Assembly: GCF_006345805.1 (NCBI RefSeq)
Contig: NC_043011.1
Coordinates: 29,772,464 to 29,836,463, forward strand
DNA from: Octopus sinensis
Lineage: Eukaryota
Length of the DNA: 64,000 bases
Direction: 5' to 3'
Within the stretch, counting starts at the first letter, position 1. Each line of letters opens with the position of its first letter. The notes beneath the pieces were generated by a model. The model ran no database searches, had not been told where the DNA came from, and saw only the letters and a program-made list of their open reading frames with translations. Below are positions 26,066 to 38,147 of the stretch, piece by piece. The position numbers and the translations under genes were made by a program.

Positions 26066-27097
26066 GATCTACTTGATTAGTGTTTATCTGGGGCTAACCC
26101 ACAACTCAAACTACCACCACTAATACCAGCAAGCCAACTCCACCACGGTCATTATAAGTATCCCTACCAACACTACCATCACTACCACCACTACCACCAT
26201 CACCACCACCACCACCACCACCACCACTAATGTTATAGAATCTCTGTGTGGTTGCTCAGCCAGGCTAGAAATAGTAGTGAAATCTCACTGAAATTAACAC
26301 TCAGACATCTATGAAGAAAAGGAATGAAAGAAGGATACGATTTAACATCTATAAATAACTACTTTATCCATGTTTAAAATGAAGATGGAATGGTCATAAC
26401 TAGACTGCCTTCGATCATAGTTTTGCATGGTGAAGGCCTGTGGTTAAAACAATAAAAATGCCACCACCACTACTACTACTACCACTATGTTACCAATACT
26501 AATATCATCACAAAGAGCTCACCCACTAATATCAGCACAGCTGTCATTACATTACTACCATGATTACCACCACCACCAACACCAGTGTCATCACCAACAG
26601 CTCCACTACCATTACTCACTAATGTCATCACTAACAGATCCACCACCACCACAGCAACAACCATCATTGCTCTATTCAAACTGGAAATAAAAATATGAGA
26701 AACCTTAGTAACTAAGACGACTAAATAAATTTATAAACAGAGTCACACTTGCTAGCTTTCAGCTTTCGGGCATGTTTTTGCTGTGGTGGAAGAAAAAGCC
26801 AAGAAAATCATCAAAGTCTCTAAATGGTTTTAGTCATCTGAAAGATGTTTTGGAGACAGTCGAGTAACAATATCACAATGGGTCTTAGAAAAATTCTCGA
26901 TTCTGCATTTACATTTCAATTCAAGCTAGCAGAACCATGAGAGAATCAGCAAAAAAATAAATAAATAAATAATGCCTTGCAGTGTTTGTTCCAACTCTTT
27001 ATACTCTGAGTTCAAATCCGACTGAGGTCAATTTGGCCTTTTGTCCTTCTTGGGATTCATAACATGAAGCACCTGTTAAGCACTAGAGTTGATAGTA

Positions 27098-27268
27098 GGA
27101 GTGGCTGCGTGATAAGTAGCTTGCTTACCTACCAACCACATGGTTCTGGGTTCAGTCCCACTGCATGGCATCTTGGGCAAGTGTCTTCTACTATAACCTC
27201 AGGCCAACCAAAGCCTTGTGTGTGGATTTGGCAGACGGAAACTGAAAGAAGCCCGTCGTATATATGTG

Positions 27269-27321
<53 letters not shown>

Positions 27322-27440
27322 GTGTGTGTGCGTATACCTTTGTGTGTCTGTGTTTGACCCCCAACATCGCTTGACAACCGATGCTGGTGTGTTACGTCCC
27401 TGTAACTTAGCAGTTTGGCAAAAGAGAACCGATCATAATT
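27098..27440 (+). mobile_element. Family-A SINE
   Basis: Co-linear with the reference copy. Confidence 0.8.
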
Positions 27441-27804
27441 GCCGGACTTGTACCTAATAATTTTGTAGGTGGGGAGGGGGGGAGTTAGACGATAAAAGAA
27501 TCAGGGCAATCAGTTGGCAGAGTCATTTGAGCATCAGACAGAAATGCTCTGTAGCATTCTGGCTCTTTACATTCTGAGTTCAAATCCTTCTGAAGTCAAC
27601 TTCGTGCCTTCCATCCTTTCAAGGCTGATAAAATAAAGTAGCAGTCTAAGTGCTGAGGGTTGATGATATTGCCTGACCCACTTCCCCTAAAATTTGCTGG
27701 CCTTATTTGCACCTAAATCAGAAAGCATTATTTTAAGTGAATGTTAACAATAAAGGGTGTTTGGTGAAAAAGAAGGAGCTAATCACATACTATAGCTCTA
27801 ATGT

Positions 27805-28105
27805 AGTGGAGGCGCCATGGCCCAGTGGTTAGGGCAGCAGATTCGCGGTTGGAGGATTGCGGTTTCGATTCCCAGACCGGGCGTTGTGTGTGTTTATTGA
27901 GTGAAAACACCTAAAGCTCCACGAGGCAGGTGGGTGGGGTGGCGACCCCCTTTGTACTCTTTCGCCCCAACTTTCTCTGACTCTTTCTGCCTGTTTCTTG
28001 AGTAATGCTGCGATGGACTGGTGTCCCATCCAGCTGGGGAGAACACATACGCCATAGAAACCGTGAAACCGGGCCCATGAGCCTGGCTAGGCTTGAAAAG
28101 GGCAC
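27805..28105 (+). mobile_element. SINE family C (head gaggc.caatggcccagtggttagggcagc..gtttcgattccc)
   Basis: A/B boxes. Related + copies at 30045-30290, 43155-43460 and 54600-54790. Confidence 0.8.
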
Positions 28106-28457
28106 ATAAATTTAAAAAAATAGCTCTAATGTTACACTTTAAGGTTCTGTAAACTGTACTGTATCACATACTATAGTGGGGCTCTCTGGTATAAAACCAG
28201 ACATCCAGGGAATGGTATTGAATATTTTGAGGATTTTTTTTGCTTGTGCTTGAGGTCATGGTACTCACACATTCCTGAACCTGAAAACCATATTGACACT
28301 GGATGTGTAAATTCATTTCCATCAAGAACAAGTATAATGACTTTCATTAAGTACAACACTTTCATTGTTCAGTTCTATATTTAAGAGATGAGGAATTATT
28401 TACATTATTTATATTATTTACATTTGATAGATATTTGTCCTCATCTTGTTTGATGTT

Positions 28458-28503
28458 AACACAACATTTCAGCTGATATACCCTCCAGCCTTCTTCAGGT
28501 ATC
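28458..28503 (-). ncRNA. Minimal hammerhead-like motif (inverted SINE tail)
   Basis: gatac CTGAAGA a ggctg-loop-cagct GAAAT GTT gtgtt. Confidence 0.55.
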
Positions 28504-28612
28504 TTGGGGAAATTTCGCCATATGCCCATAGGCATATGGCATAGTGGTTATGAGCGCGGGCTACTAACCCCAAATTTGGAGTTCGATTCCAAGCAGTGAC
28601 CTGAACAATAAC

Positions 28613-28652
<40 letters not shown>

Positions 28653-28698
28653 TCGAAAATACCTTAGGAATGATAACCCAGGTTCGAAATTTCTCCAA

Positions 28699-28744
28699 GA
28701 CACCTGAAGAAGGCTGGAGGGTGTATCAGCTGAAACATTCTGTT
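28699..28744 (+). ncRNA. Minimal hammerhead-like motif (direct SINE tail)
   Basis: gacac CTGAAGA a ggctg-loop-cagct GAAAC ATT ctgtt. Confidence 0.55.
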
Positions 28745-29321
28745 AACAACAAACAAGATGAGGACAAATATCTGTCGCATGTAAATAATGTAAATAATGT
28801 ACTTTCATTGTTTATTATACTGTTCTATGCATTTGTAGTAGGAATATTGTCAGAGTGCTAAACACCAACTCACTGCCTAGGAATTAAATCCAAATTTAAT
28901 CACAAAAGCAAATGTAAACACTCAAACAGGATTTTGTCAAGAATTGATGACACCAACAAGCAGTTAGCCATTCAAGCCTCTGATAAACACATTAAGCACT
29001 TGTTTTTATCAGTAGCTGAACTGACAATTGGAAATACAATGGACTCAGCAGATACTTAACTCATTGGAATCCCAGTTATATACAACATATTGGAATGTCA
29101 TTAACAATTTTGCCTTTGGTGCCCTTTCTTTGACAGACCATTAAGTATATATAGATCAAGAATAAAAAGTTTTGAATGGTACAACAATGCACTATAATAC
29201 AAATAATGGGCTATATATCTGTTGTAATTTAGTCATCCATAGTCTGATGATATTTCAGAATAAAATTCCTTCTTCAGATATTCTTATATGGAGTCGCTGC
29301 TACAATCAGTTTTATCATTTA

Positions 29322-29719
29322 CTAGCAGTATAGCCCGGCCTTGCTCGGGTTTATTTTCTTTTCGACCCTTTAGAAGTGGAATTTTTGAAAAGTAAAAATT
29401 TTGCATTATGTAACTTGTTATTCTCTTTATGTGAACATTTTTCTGGTTGAAATACACTGAAAAATGGCGACACAGCAGTCAAAAAATCGTAAAAAATAGG
29501 GATTTTCATAGTAGAAAAGCACCTTTTTGATGTAAATAATTTTTGGTGTTAACATGGTCCGATTTGAATTTTTTCTTCTATGGAAGGAAGAGCAAGCCTT
29601 CTTCTATCATACTCTCAATTTTGGTCAACTTGCGCTTCAGGGTTTCGGAGGAGATAGTGCTAGTTTAAGGCTACCAAACCTGCCATACACAGACAACTTC
29701 AGCTTTATATATATAGCGA
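29322..29719 (-). mobile_element. Non-autonomous Helitron-like element (~400 bp)
   Basis: On the minus strand it begins a|TC..tatatataaagc and ends cccgagcaaggccggg (hairpin) ..ctgCTAG|t, the A^TC...CTAG^T signature. Confidence 0.7.
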
Positions 29720-29839
29720 TTTTGGTTACTGGATAGTGGCTGCGACACAGCAAAAATCAACTGCTGCAGAAACTTACCCTGCTCAACTTCAATTACAAAA
29801 TTTGATACCTTCAACAATTCACTATCATTGCTGACACAC

Positions 29840-29965
<126 letters not shown>

Positions 29966-31789
29966 CTATCTATATGTGTGTGTGTGTGTATTCCATTATG
30001 ATGCATATACATACATACATAACATACATACATACATACATACGTGTGGAGGCACAATGGCCCAGTGGTTAGGGCAGCGGATTCGCGGTCATAGGATCGC
30101 GGTTTCGATTCCAAGACCGGGCGTTGTGAGTGTTTATTGAGCGAAAACACCTAAAGCTCCACGAGGCTCCGGCAGGGCATGGTGGTGATCCCTGCTGTAC
30201 TCTTTCACCACAACTTTCTCTTACTTCCTGTTTCTGTTGTACCTGTATTTCAAAGGGCCCGGCCTTGTCACTCTCTGTGTCATGCTGAATATCTCACACA
30301 ATTTGATTCACTTGATTTAAATGCCTCATTCCTATTGTTATCATCATAGCAACAATACCTTCTTGTAAATGGTTAATAAATATTTTTGTATTTCGATTTC
30401 ACACAGATTTTTGTTCTTCCATCAACCAACCAAATAGTCTTTTATTACACATTCTTACACGTGGGAATAAAATTATCTGTAGTAAATGGTCATAAATAGT
30501 ATTTGTTATTTTGAATCATTAGAAATTATTCATGGACATTCACTATAAATACTTCTATCCTCATGTGTAGAAGTGTTGTGAATACAACAGTATTTATTAT
30601 TTATTATTTACCAACCGCCCCTTTAAGGACACTTGATTAACAATATCATTAAAATGCTGGACAATTGACTTTTGGTATTTCTCCTGGCTGTTTACACTCT
30701 CAGTTTATGAATTGCTGAGGTCAGCTTTGTCTTCCATCTTTCTGGAGTGGATAAAATTATGCATTAGTCATGTGCTGGGAGCTATAGTATCAAGTAATCC
30801 CTCTTCTCAAACATTTCCGCTCTAGTGCTGAAATTAGAAGCAATAAATGGAACCATGTTCTTAAATTGCTATATTTATTAAAATTTTTTTGTCATAAATT
30901 ATATTATCTTATTAAATTTTATTAATTTTGATTCATATTGCTTCTCTTTTAAGTAAAATTTGAATTGGATTATAGAAGTGGGTGACTGTTTTGCAGACTG
31001 TGGCAAATAAATTAGTTTGGAAAATAACTATTTTACTCAGCTGAAAGTTGAAAATTCTTCAATATTTAGTGAGCTAAGCATTTGCAAGAATTCACTGTTT
31101 TGTGTGTTCTAAATTGCAAAAGGATGTAATACTATGTTATTGTTTCATAAGACACAGAGTTCTCACCTTAATGTAGGCCAAAGTTAGAATGCTATTAATA
31201 TGATAATGCAAAAAAAAAAAAAAAGAAAGAAAGAAAGAAAAAAGAATTCTTTGAATCCATAAAAAAAAGACAGGAAGGTGACTGTTGATAAATTAAAAAA
31301 ACCAACTCTGATTCATTGTCATCATCATCTTCATAATCCTCATCATCATCATCATTGTCCTCGTTGTCATCATTAAACATCTGTTTCCCATGTTGGCATG
31401 GGTTAGATGGTTTGACAGGCGCTGGTCAGCTGGGGAGCTGTCCAGACTCCAGTTGTCTTTTGTGGCATGGTTTCTGCAGCTAGATGCCCTTCCTAATGCC
31501 ACCCCACCTTACAGAGGGTGCTGGGTGCTTTTATGCATTTATGCAGCACCAGCACAAGTGCCTTTTACATGACACTGGCACCTGCAAAGGACAAGCCTGT
31601 ATGTATGGATGGCAGTGATTTTACTTGGCTTGACATGTCTTCTCATGTACATCAAATCAGTACAACTCCCAGGCCTTTGTCATTTCCTCAGTGAGGCCCA
31701 GCATCTGATTCTACAAAAAATATAGTAATGGTGATAGTAGGAATGCCTTGATTGTTTCTAACATTAAAATAATATTTGATTCCATAAAA

Positions 31790-32150
31790 ATGTGGCTGTG
31801 TGGTAAGTAGTTTGCTTATGAACCACATGGTTCTGGGTTCAGTCCCACTGTGTGGCACCTTGGGTAAGTGTCTTCTACTATAGCCTCGGGCTGACCAAAG
31901 CCTTGTAAGTGGATTTGGTAGACGGAAACTGAAAGAAGCCTATCGTATATATGTATATATGTGTGTGTGTATATACTTGACAACCAATGCTGGTGTGTTT
32001 ACATCCCTGTAACTTAGCAGTTCGGCAAAAGAGACCAATAGAATAAGTACTAGGCTTACAAAGAATAAGTCTTGGTGTCAATGTGCTCAACTAAAGGCGG
32101 TGCTCCAGCATGGCCACAGTCAAATGACTGAAACAAGTAAAAAACTAAAA
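31790..32150 (+). mobile_element. Family-A SINE
   Basis: Co-linear with the reference copy. Confidence 0.8.
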
Positions 32151-32862
32151 AAGTGGAGTAATAGGGAATTCTTTTGTTCTTACAAATATTTGATAAAGTG
32201 ATAAGTTAATTCCAATTCCTTATTGACCTGATGATGAAATTTGCCTATTTTTAATGTATGCACAAAAATTGACCATAAAGTAAGAGATATCAACAGATGG
32301 CAGCAACTGCCTATTTAGTACAATCATATGAGGGAAAGCTGGATGTTAATATTAATACTATGCATCACTCATTGTTAAGACAACTGGACTTCTGACCATT
32401 GCTGTGTCTGTCTGCTCTACAATCAATAATCTATATCATGTGAAAGTCTGAGTTTACAAATGTTGTCTCAAGAATGTTTTTCATTTATTATATTTTTTTT
32501 CCATTGTAAAGAGAAATTTTGACCAGGAGGGTTCATTGTTCTGTAATGTTTGTTTTAATTAATTTCATCATAATGAGAGTTTTTTTGGTGTTGTTACAAT
32601 ATGATTCTCATCAGGGATTGAAACAAATTTTGTTATATAAGAAAATCTATATCAATATACATACATATATATATATACATACATACATACATACAACATA
32701 CATACATACATACATACATACATATGTATGTATATATGCATGTATGTACGTATGTATGTAAGTATGTTACAGCAGTATTCATCATAATGGAATACACACA
32801 CATATACACTCACACACACACGCACGCACACACACACACACATATAGATAGATAGATAAATC

Positions 32863-32962
<100 letters not shown>

Positions 32963-33460
32963 TAGATTGATGGATGAAGATTATTGATTACAAATAGGTA
33001 AGAACATTTTCAGTATATGAAACAGAGTGTAAATATTTAATTGGTAGCTCAACTATATTGTTTCATAATCCTGAGTTACACATTTCTGATTATTCTAACA
33101 ATTAAAATAGCAAAACAACATGACACTATATAAGTAAAATTCTTTGCAAACACATCAAGATATGATTAACCAACAGTACTTAAAGATTTGAATGGCTGCC
33201 AAAAAAAAAAAAAGACATTAGAAATTGCATCATTCATTCATCCATTCAGTTGTCATGCATGCATGATATTTTCATAAATTCATGCACAATACAATATAAT
33301 GTTTCTTTGTTTTCAATATTATGCTTATAAATCACACAAAAGCAAAGAAAGCTACTGTTGTTAATGAAGCATTATAGTGTTAATAAAAACATTTTTTTCC
33401 TTTTTAGTTATATAACCATCTTACAGGGTAAGGCAATTCAGTTACATAGGAAATAAATTG

Positions 33461-33592
33461 TTTTGGTTAGAGATACAAGCATAGTTGTATGGTTGAGATG
33501 TTTGCTTTCAAACCATATGGATTCAGGTTCAGTCCCTGGGCTGGACAAAGCCTTGTGAAAGGATTTAGTTGGTGGAAACTGAAAGACACCTG

Positions 33593-33645
<53 letters not shown>

Positions 33646-33856
33646 TTTGTGCAAGTGTGTATGTGTACATCTGCATTTTGGTTAGAGATACAAGCATAGT
33701 TGTATCGTTGAGATGTTTGCTTTCAAACTATATGGATTCAGGTTCAGTCCCTGGGCTGGACAATGCCTTGTGAAAGGATTTAGTAGGTGGAAACTGAAAG
33801 ACACCCGCTCTGTGTGTGTGCGTGTGTGCAAGTGTGTACATGTACATCTGCATTTC
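33461..33856 (+). repeat. Near-perfect tandem duplication (~215 and ~180 bp) of a SINE head plus (GT)n
   Basis: ttttggttagagatacaagcatagttgtat... occurs at 33461 and ~33677. Confidence 0.85.
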
Positions 33857-34564
33857 TTTGAAAATTACCAAGCTAAAAGCAGTACATTGTTGTCATTTCC
33901 TTTGTTAACAAATCATCTGCTGTCTTTGCACTTTTGAAGTCATGTAAGGTAAGATACCCTAACTTGAAAAACCAGGGAAGGGTTAGCAACAGGAAAGCAT
34001 CCGGCTTCAAAACAGTGACTTCATGATATACTCATCTGACCCTGCTAGCATTGAAAATGGATGCAAAAAGGAGGTTGGTGGTTAAAAATTTTTAATAGAT
34101 AGTTATGCAAACGTGTGCTCAATAATGAATCATTCAATTCAATTTTCTAAGTGTTATTATCCTTCTTTAAACTTTAGATATATTAATGTGAGTGTCAAAA
34201 ATATGCATTTATTGTAAAGGGTTTTTCAGTAAGCCTTTTATAGATTTTTATTTCACTTTTTCTACAAAGGGAACACAGGAATTTACATACCATTAAGATA
34301 TAATGGTCATTGAAATTGCATAGAGAAAAGAGCAAAGTTTTTTTTTAGACAACTACTTCTCATACTAATGCTATTTTATAAAATAATCTCATATAGGCGC
34401 AGGAGTGGTTGTATGATAAGTAGCTTGCTTACCAACTACATGGTTCCGGGTTCAGTCCCACTGCGTGGCACCTTGGGTAAGTGTCTTCTACTATAGCCTC
34501 GGGTCGACCAAAGCCTTGTGAGTGGATTTGGTAGACGGAAACTGAAAAAAGCCCGTCGTATATG

Positions 34565-34775
34565 TGATCTCTTAAGCACCACCAGCTCAAATATTGTCTC
34601 CTCTGTCTTCCCTCCTTGGGATCTTTCCTTCTCCTTGTTTCCGACGAAGAGCTCTGCTCGAAACGTTAAACCCTCCTTCCCTTCTTTCCTGAGCGTCAAT
34701 AATACTTTAATTGTTCCACGTCCTGCGTTGCTGTGTTTTTTTTTCTCTTTTTTCTGTGTTTTCTTGTTTGGATTA

Positions 34776-34780
<5 letters not shown>
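34565..34780 (+). mobile_element. Short PLE-like repeat nested in the TA tract of a family-A SINE
   Basis: Carries the hammerhead motif and downstream ttcctgagcgtca..taat, shared with 59130-59346 and (reverse) 25150-25330. Confidence 0.6.
34637..34671 (+). ncRNA. Minimal hammerhead-like motif
   Basis: gttt CCGACGA a gagc tct gctc GAAAC GTT aaac: perfect helices I and II, palindromic ACGT; U4 is C. Confidence 0.6.
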
Positions 34781-34818
<38 letters not shown>

Positions 34819-35587
34819 ATATATATGTTTGTATGTCTGTGCTTGTCTCCCCAACATAGCTTGGTGTGTTTACATCCCCATAACTTAGTGGTTCGGCAAA
34901 AGATACCGATAAAATAAGTACTAGGTTTACAAAGAATAAGTCCTGGGGTCGATTTGCTCGACTAAAGGCAGTACTCCAGCATGGCCACAGTCAAATGACT
35001 GAAACAAGTAAAAGAGTAAAAGAGTATATATACTCTATGGGGAAATGCTTATTTATACGAATTTTTTTTTAAGGAAAAATTTGGTAGCATTGAAATGAAC
35101 CTATAAACTATAAGGCAGATTATTGTATGCAACACTTCCTATAATTGTGTTTATGAGTATTGTATTAGTATTAGTATGTAATGTAGTTTACCTCCCAACC
35201 ACTATTTTTTAATGCAACATTATAATCATGAGTTGCATGGTTAAAGGATTACTTATACAAAAGTATGCCGGATATTCACTGACCAATGTTATTAACTAAG
35301 ATTTTAAGGATTATTAGAATTTATATTAACGTACAGTAATTTCTCATTAGGATTCTTGTGAGGAAAGTATTTATATCTTTGAGATTAACTATACTTAGGT
35401 GCTTATCTGCTATGATTTGTAAATCTAGGTTTTTCAGTATGCTGATGATCTCTTTCTAAACAGCATCCATTGCTTGGTCATTCATACCTCACAAAGTGAT
35501 TAGTCTATCACCTTGGTAATGATCAAACTCTGTTGAGCAAAATCTGTTCTGAAGTAAGTGTAAGATGTGTTAATTCAGCATTAATTC

Positions 35588-36632
35588 ACAGAGCTATGAA
35601 CCATGTCTGTGAATAAGTTAATGTCAATCAGCTGTATTGCTCTTTTCTAGATGTGGTCTAGCCCATGCAACACCAGCATTTCTTATGAAAATTGGTATTT
35701 TGAATGCACCCTTAATGTTTTAATTGTGAGGCCACATGGATCAAGATCCCTTTTTGTCAAACATGGTAAAAGGACTGTAGAAAGAACTTCATGGTATGTA
35801 AGCACTTTATTGAACTTTACCATCACAAATCTGCATTTACTTACTTTATAACTGCTGACAACTCTGAGAATACTTTTCCCAGGTGACAACTGACTTGAAT
35901 ATATGTTTTGTATTTCAGAAATATGGCCAGTTGTGAGTAAATAAAATGTGAAAATAGCCTTGATGTCTTCTGTTATATTTGTGGATGTTATACTTTACTT
36001 ATGTAGAGAAACAAAATCTGAGATTTTGTAAAGAAAGCTTGCCTCACTTTGGCATAAACCTAGGTGATCAAGGCAAAGCCTGGGTACCCCATACTGTGTA
36101 AAATATGTGTTGAAACACTGAGAAAATGAAAGTTTTATATGCTTAAGCCAAAAGTTTCCCTTTGTCCTGTGAGAAAATTAAGGTCGGTGTGTTTGACAGG
36201 CCACAGATTAGGTGGCTATTGCAGGATGAAGAACATGTGCAAACCCTGTTAACCAGTTTTCAAGCCATGGGCTGCAACATGAGTTAAAAGTGCATATCCT
36301 GCTTAGTCATCTGGACAACTTCTTCAAAAATTATAATGCAATAAGTGACAAGCAAGGAAAAAGATTCCACCAAGATACTAAGACCAAGGAGACTAGGTAT
36401 CAAAGCTGGTGAAACACACACATAATGAGTGACCAGTGGTGGCTTGTGTATAGGCACTGGGAACTGTAGCACCCCTATTTCCACTCGATATTATCAATAA
36501 CATTCAATATAATGAGTCCTTTTTTCTTTAATTTTTTCTTTATACTTGTACATTATATAATCCTTAAGCTTAATGTCAGTATTCATCCCCTAGTTTATGA
36601 AAAAAATACAAAAATTCTTGTATAGAACTGTG
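35588..36632 (+). mobile_element. Internally deleted Chapaev3-type (CMC) DNA transposon; transposase remnants 35923-36460
   Basis: ATG 35923 then KCENSLDVFCYICG..GINLGDQGKAWVPH..CVETLR, EKIKVGVFDRPQIR, MGCNMS.KVHILLSHLD, ISDKQGKRFHQD..ETRYQ. An intron-like gt..tttcag lies just before the ATG. The termini cacag../..ctgtg are tentative. Confidence 0.8.
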
Positions 36633-37335
36633 CACATCACAGTTCCAGCGATGCGGTGTTTGGCTGCTGTGTGCATGCTCACATGTCCAAGATAGGAAGC
36701 TTCACACTAGGGAGAGAGAGCACTGTGTAAATGACAGTGCCAGGTGAAAGGTAGTGTTTCCTTTTGGCTCTGTGTGTGTTGTGCCTAAAAACGTGTTTGT
36801 ATTCTTGAAAATGATAAAGTGTAGAATTAGATTATCATCCTGATTCCAGCTTCAGTGTTGATGCCAGGATTTGAAAAATAGGGCACATTTTCCCACATTA
36901 TTTTGTGATTTAGGGGGGGATTTTTGAAAAACAAGGGGGAATTCATGGCAGTGTTCAGTGAACAAATCAAATACACTACCTGGCAGTGGCTAAAATGTGA
37001 ATCGATCAAGTTTATAAATTTTCTTTTTATATGTTTGTTTCCTTTGACACAATATTAAAACAACAGCTAAGAATTTTCTGAAGCAGCACCCACCAACTAA
37101 TTTTATCTATGAGCTGCCACTGTGAGTGACCACTACTGGTTTCTGCAAAGAGACTGTTGTGATGCAGCTTGACAAAAATATCTACCCTAAGATGTGTAAT
37201 TAAACTTTTTGTGTAATATATTCATTAAACAATAAAAAGTGCTATTTGGTCTGTGTTAGTTTCTTATTTCAGAATTGTAATTAATGGCAAAACTGACATT
37301 TTTTTGGTAAAAATTAAAGCAAAAAAATGAATTCC

Positions 37336-37623
37336 TGTAGTAAAGATTGTTTGCCAACATAACATGGCAGTCCTGGTTTAGGACTAATGTTGTTGTAATT
37401 TAGCCCCAGGAGACATCGTCTCCAGCTGGCTATACAACACAATCTGTGTCCTTATATTTTCGAGCTGAGTGGGGGTGTTAGATTCCCTTGTTCGAAAAAT
37501 ATAAGGACACAGATCATGTCATATAGCCAGCTGGAGACGATGTCTCCTGGGGCTAAATTACAGCAACATTAGTCCTAAACCAGGACTTCTACTATGTAAT
37601 GTTGGCAAACGATCTTTACTACA
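37336..37623. repeat. Foldback element, ~130-bp inverted arms with ~24-nt spacer
   Basis: tgtagtaaagattgtttgccaac...tattttcgagc versus gttcgaaaaata...gttggcaaacgatctttactaca. Confidence 0.85.
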
Positions 37624-37679
37624 AAGTACTGTTGCTGAATATCTCATGTTGTGAGATTTAAAAATAGTAATTTTCTAAA

Positions 37680-38008
37680 TAAATTCCTGTTTAACACAAG
37701 ACTTGACATGGTAGAAAATTTCTGAGGGCATTTTTGAAGCCAGCTCCATCATATTAGGCAGGATTAATTGTAAAAAGCAAAAAACTAAAAAAATTTTTCC
37801 GAAAATGTTCATCAGTGTTATTAATAAAATAATAAAAGCAACTGGCCAGTCCTATTGCTTATGAACAAACAATACAATTGTACTTATTCAGAGAGTAAGC
37901 TGTAGAAAAAAACTTGATGCAATAGAAGAAAACTGACTGTCGTTTTGAAATCAGCATGTCAGTATTACTCTAAACCAAGTGAAAAAGCAAAGTCAACAAA
38001 AATTATGT
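37680..38008. mobile_element. Possible terminal fragment(s) of a second Chapaev3-like element
   Basis: Subterminal-like ttttgaaatcagcatg motif and end aaattgttcctctgtg (CAC/GTG terminus); no coding sequence. Confidence 0.3.
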
Positions 38009-38147
38009 TCAAAATTGTTCCTCTGTGCAATCAGTAACTGATTGATTGTAATCAGTCAATTCTTTTAGTGTTGTATGGCTGATCAATTGCTATACCTCGT
38101 AACAAGGATAAGATACAGGATCCAATCTCTTAAAGTAGGATTGTTTC

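Larger units (their letters stand above)
28370..28800. mobile_element. tRNA-headed SINE with hammerhead-bearing tail, 5'-inverted, 12-bp TSD
   Basis: Inverted tail 28370-28521, tRNA-like head 28531-28603 (A box tggcatagtgg, B box gagttcgattcc), (AAT)n, linker, direct tail 28683-28800. actttcattgtt at both 28358-28369 and 28801-28812. Confidence 0.8.
34396..35025 (+). mobile_element. Family-A SINE with nested PLE-like insertion
   Basis: Head 34396-34562, tail 34810-35025. Confidence 0.8.

Noticed and set aside
26740-26865. Short frames FRACFCCGGRK and LSGMFLLWWKKK, suggestive of a GPCR or membrane-protein tail
   Set aside because: Three frames are similarly open and no transmembrane exons were found upstream.
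35432-35455. FQYADDL, resembling an RT catalytic motif
   Set aside because: No other RT motifs in the flanks; probably chance.
37067-37121. Exon-like AKNFLKQHPPTNFIYELP with gtgagt donor
   Set aside because: Weak acceptor, no homology, no linkable neighbouring exon.
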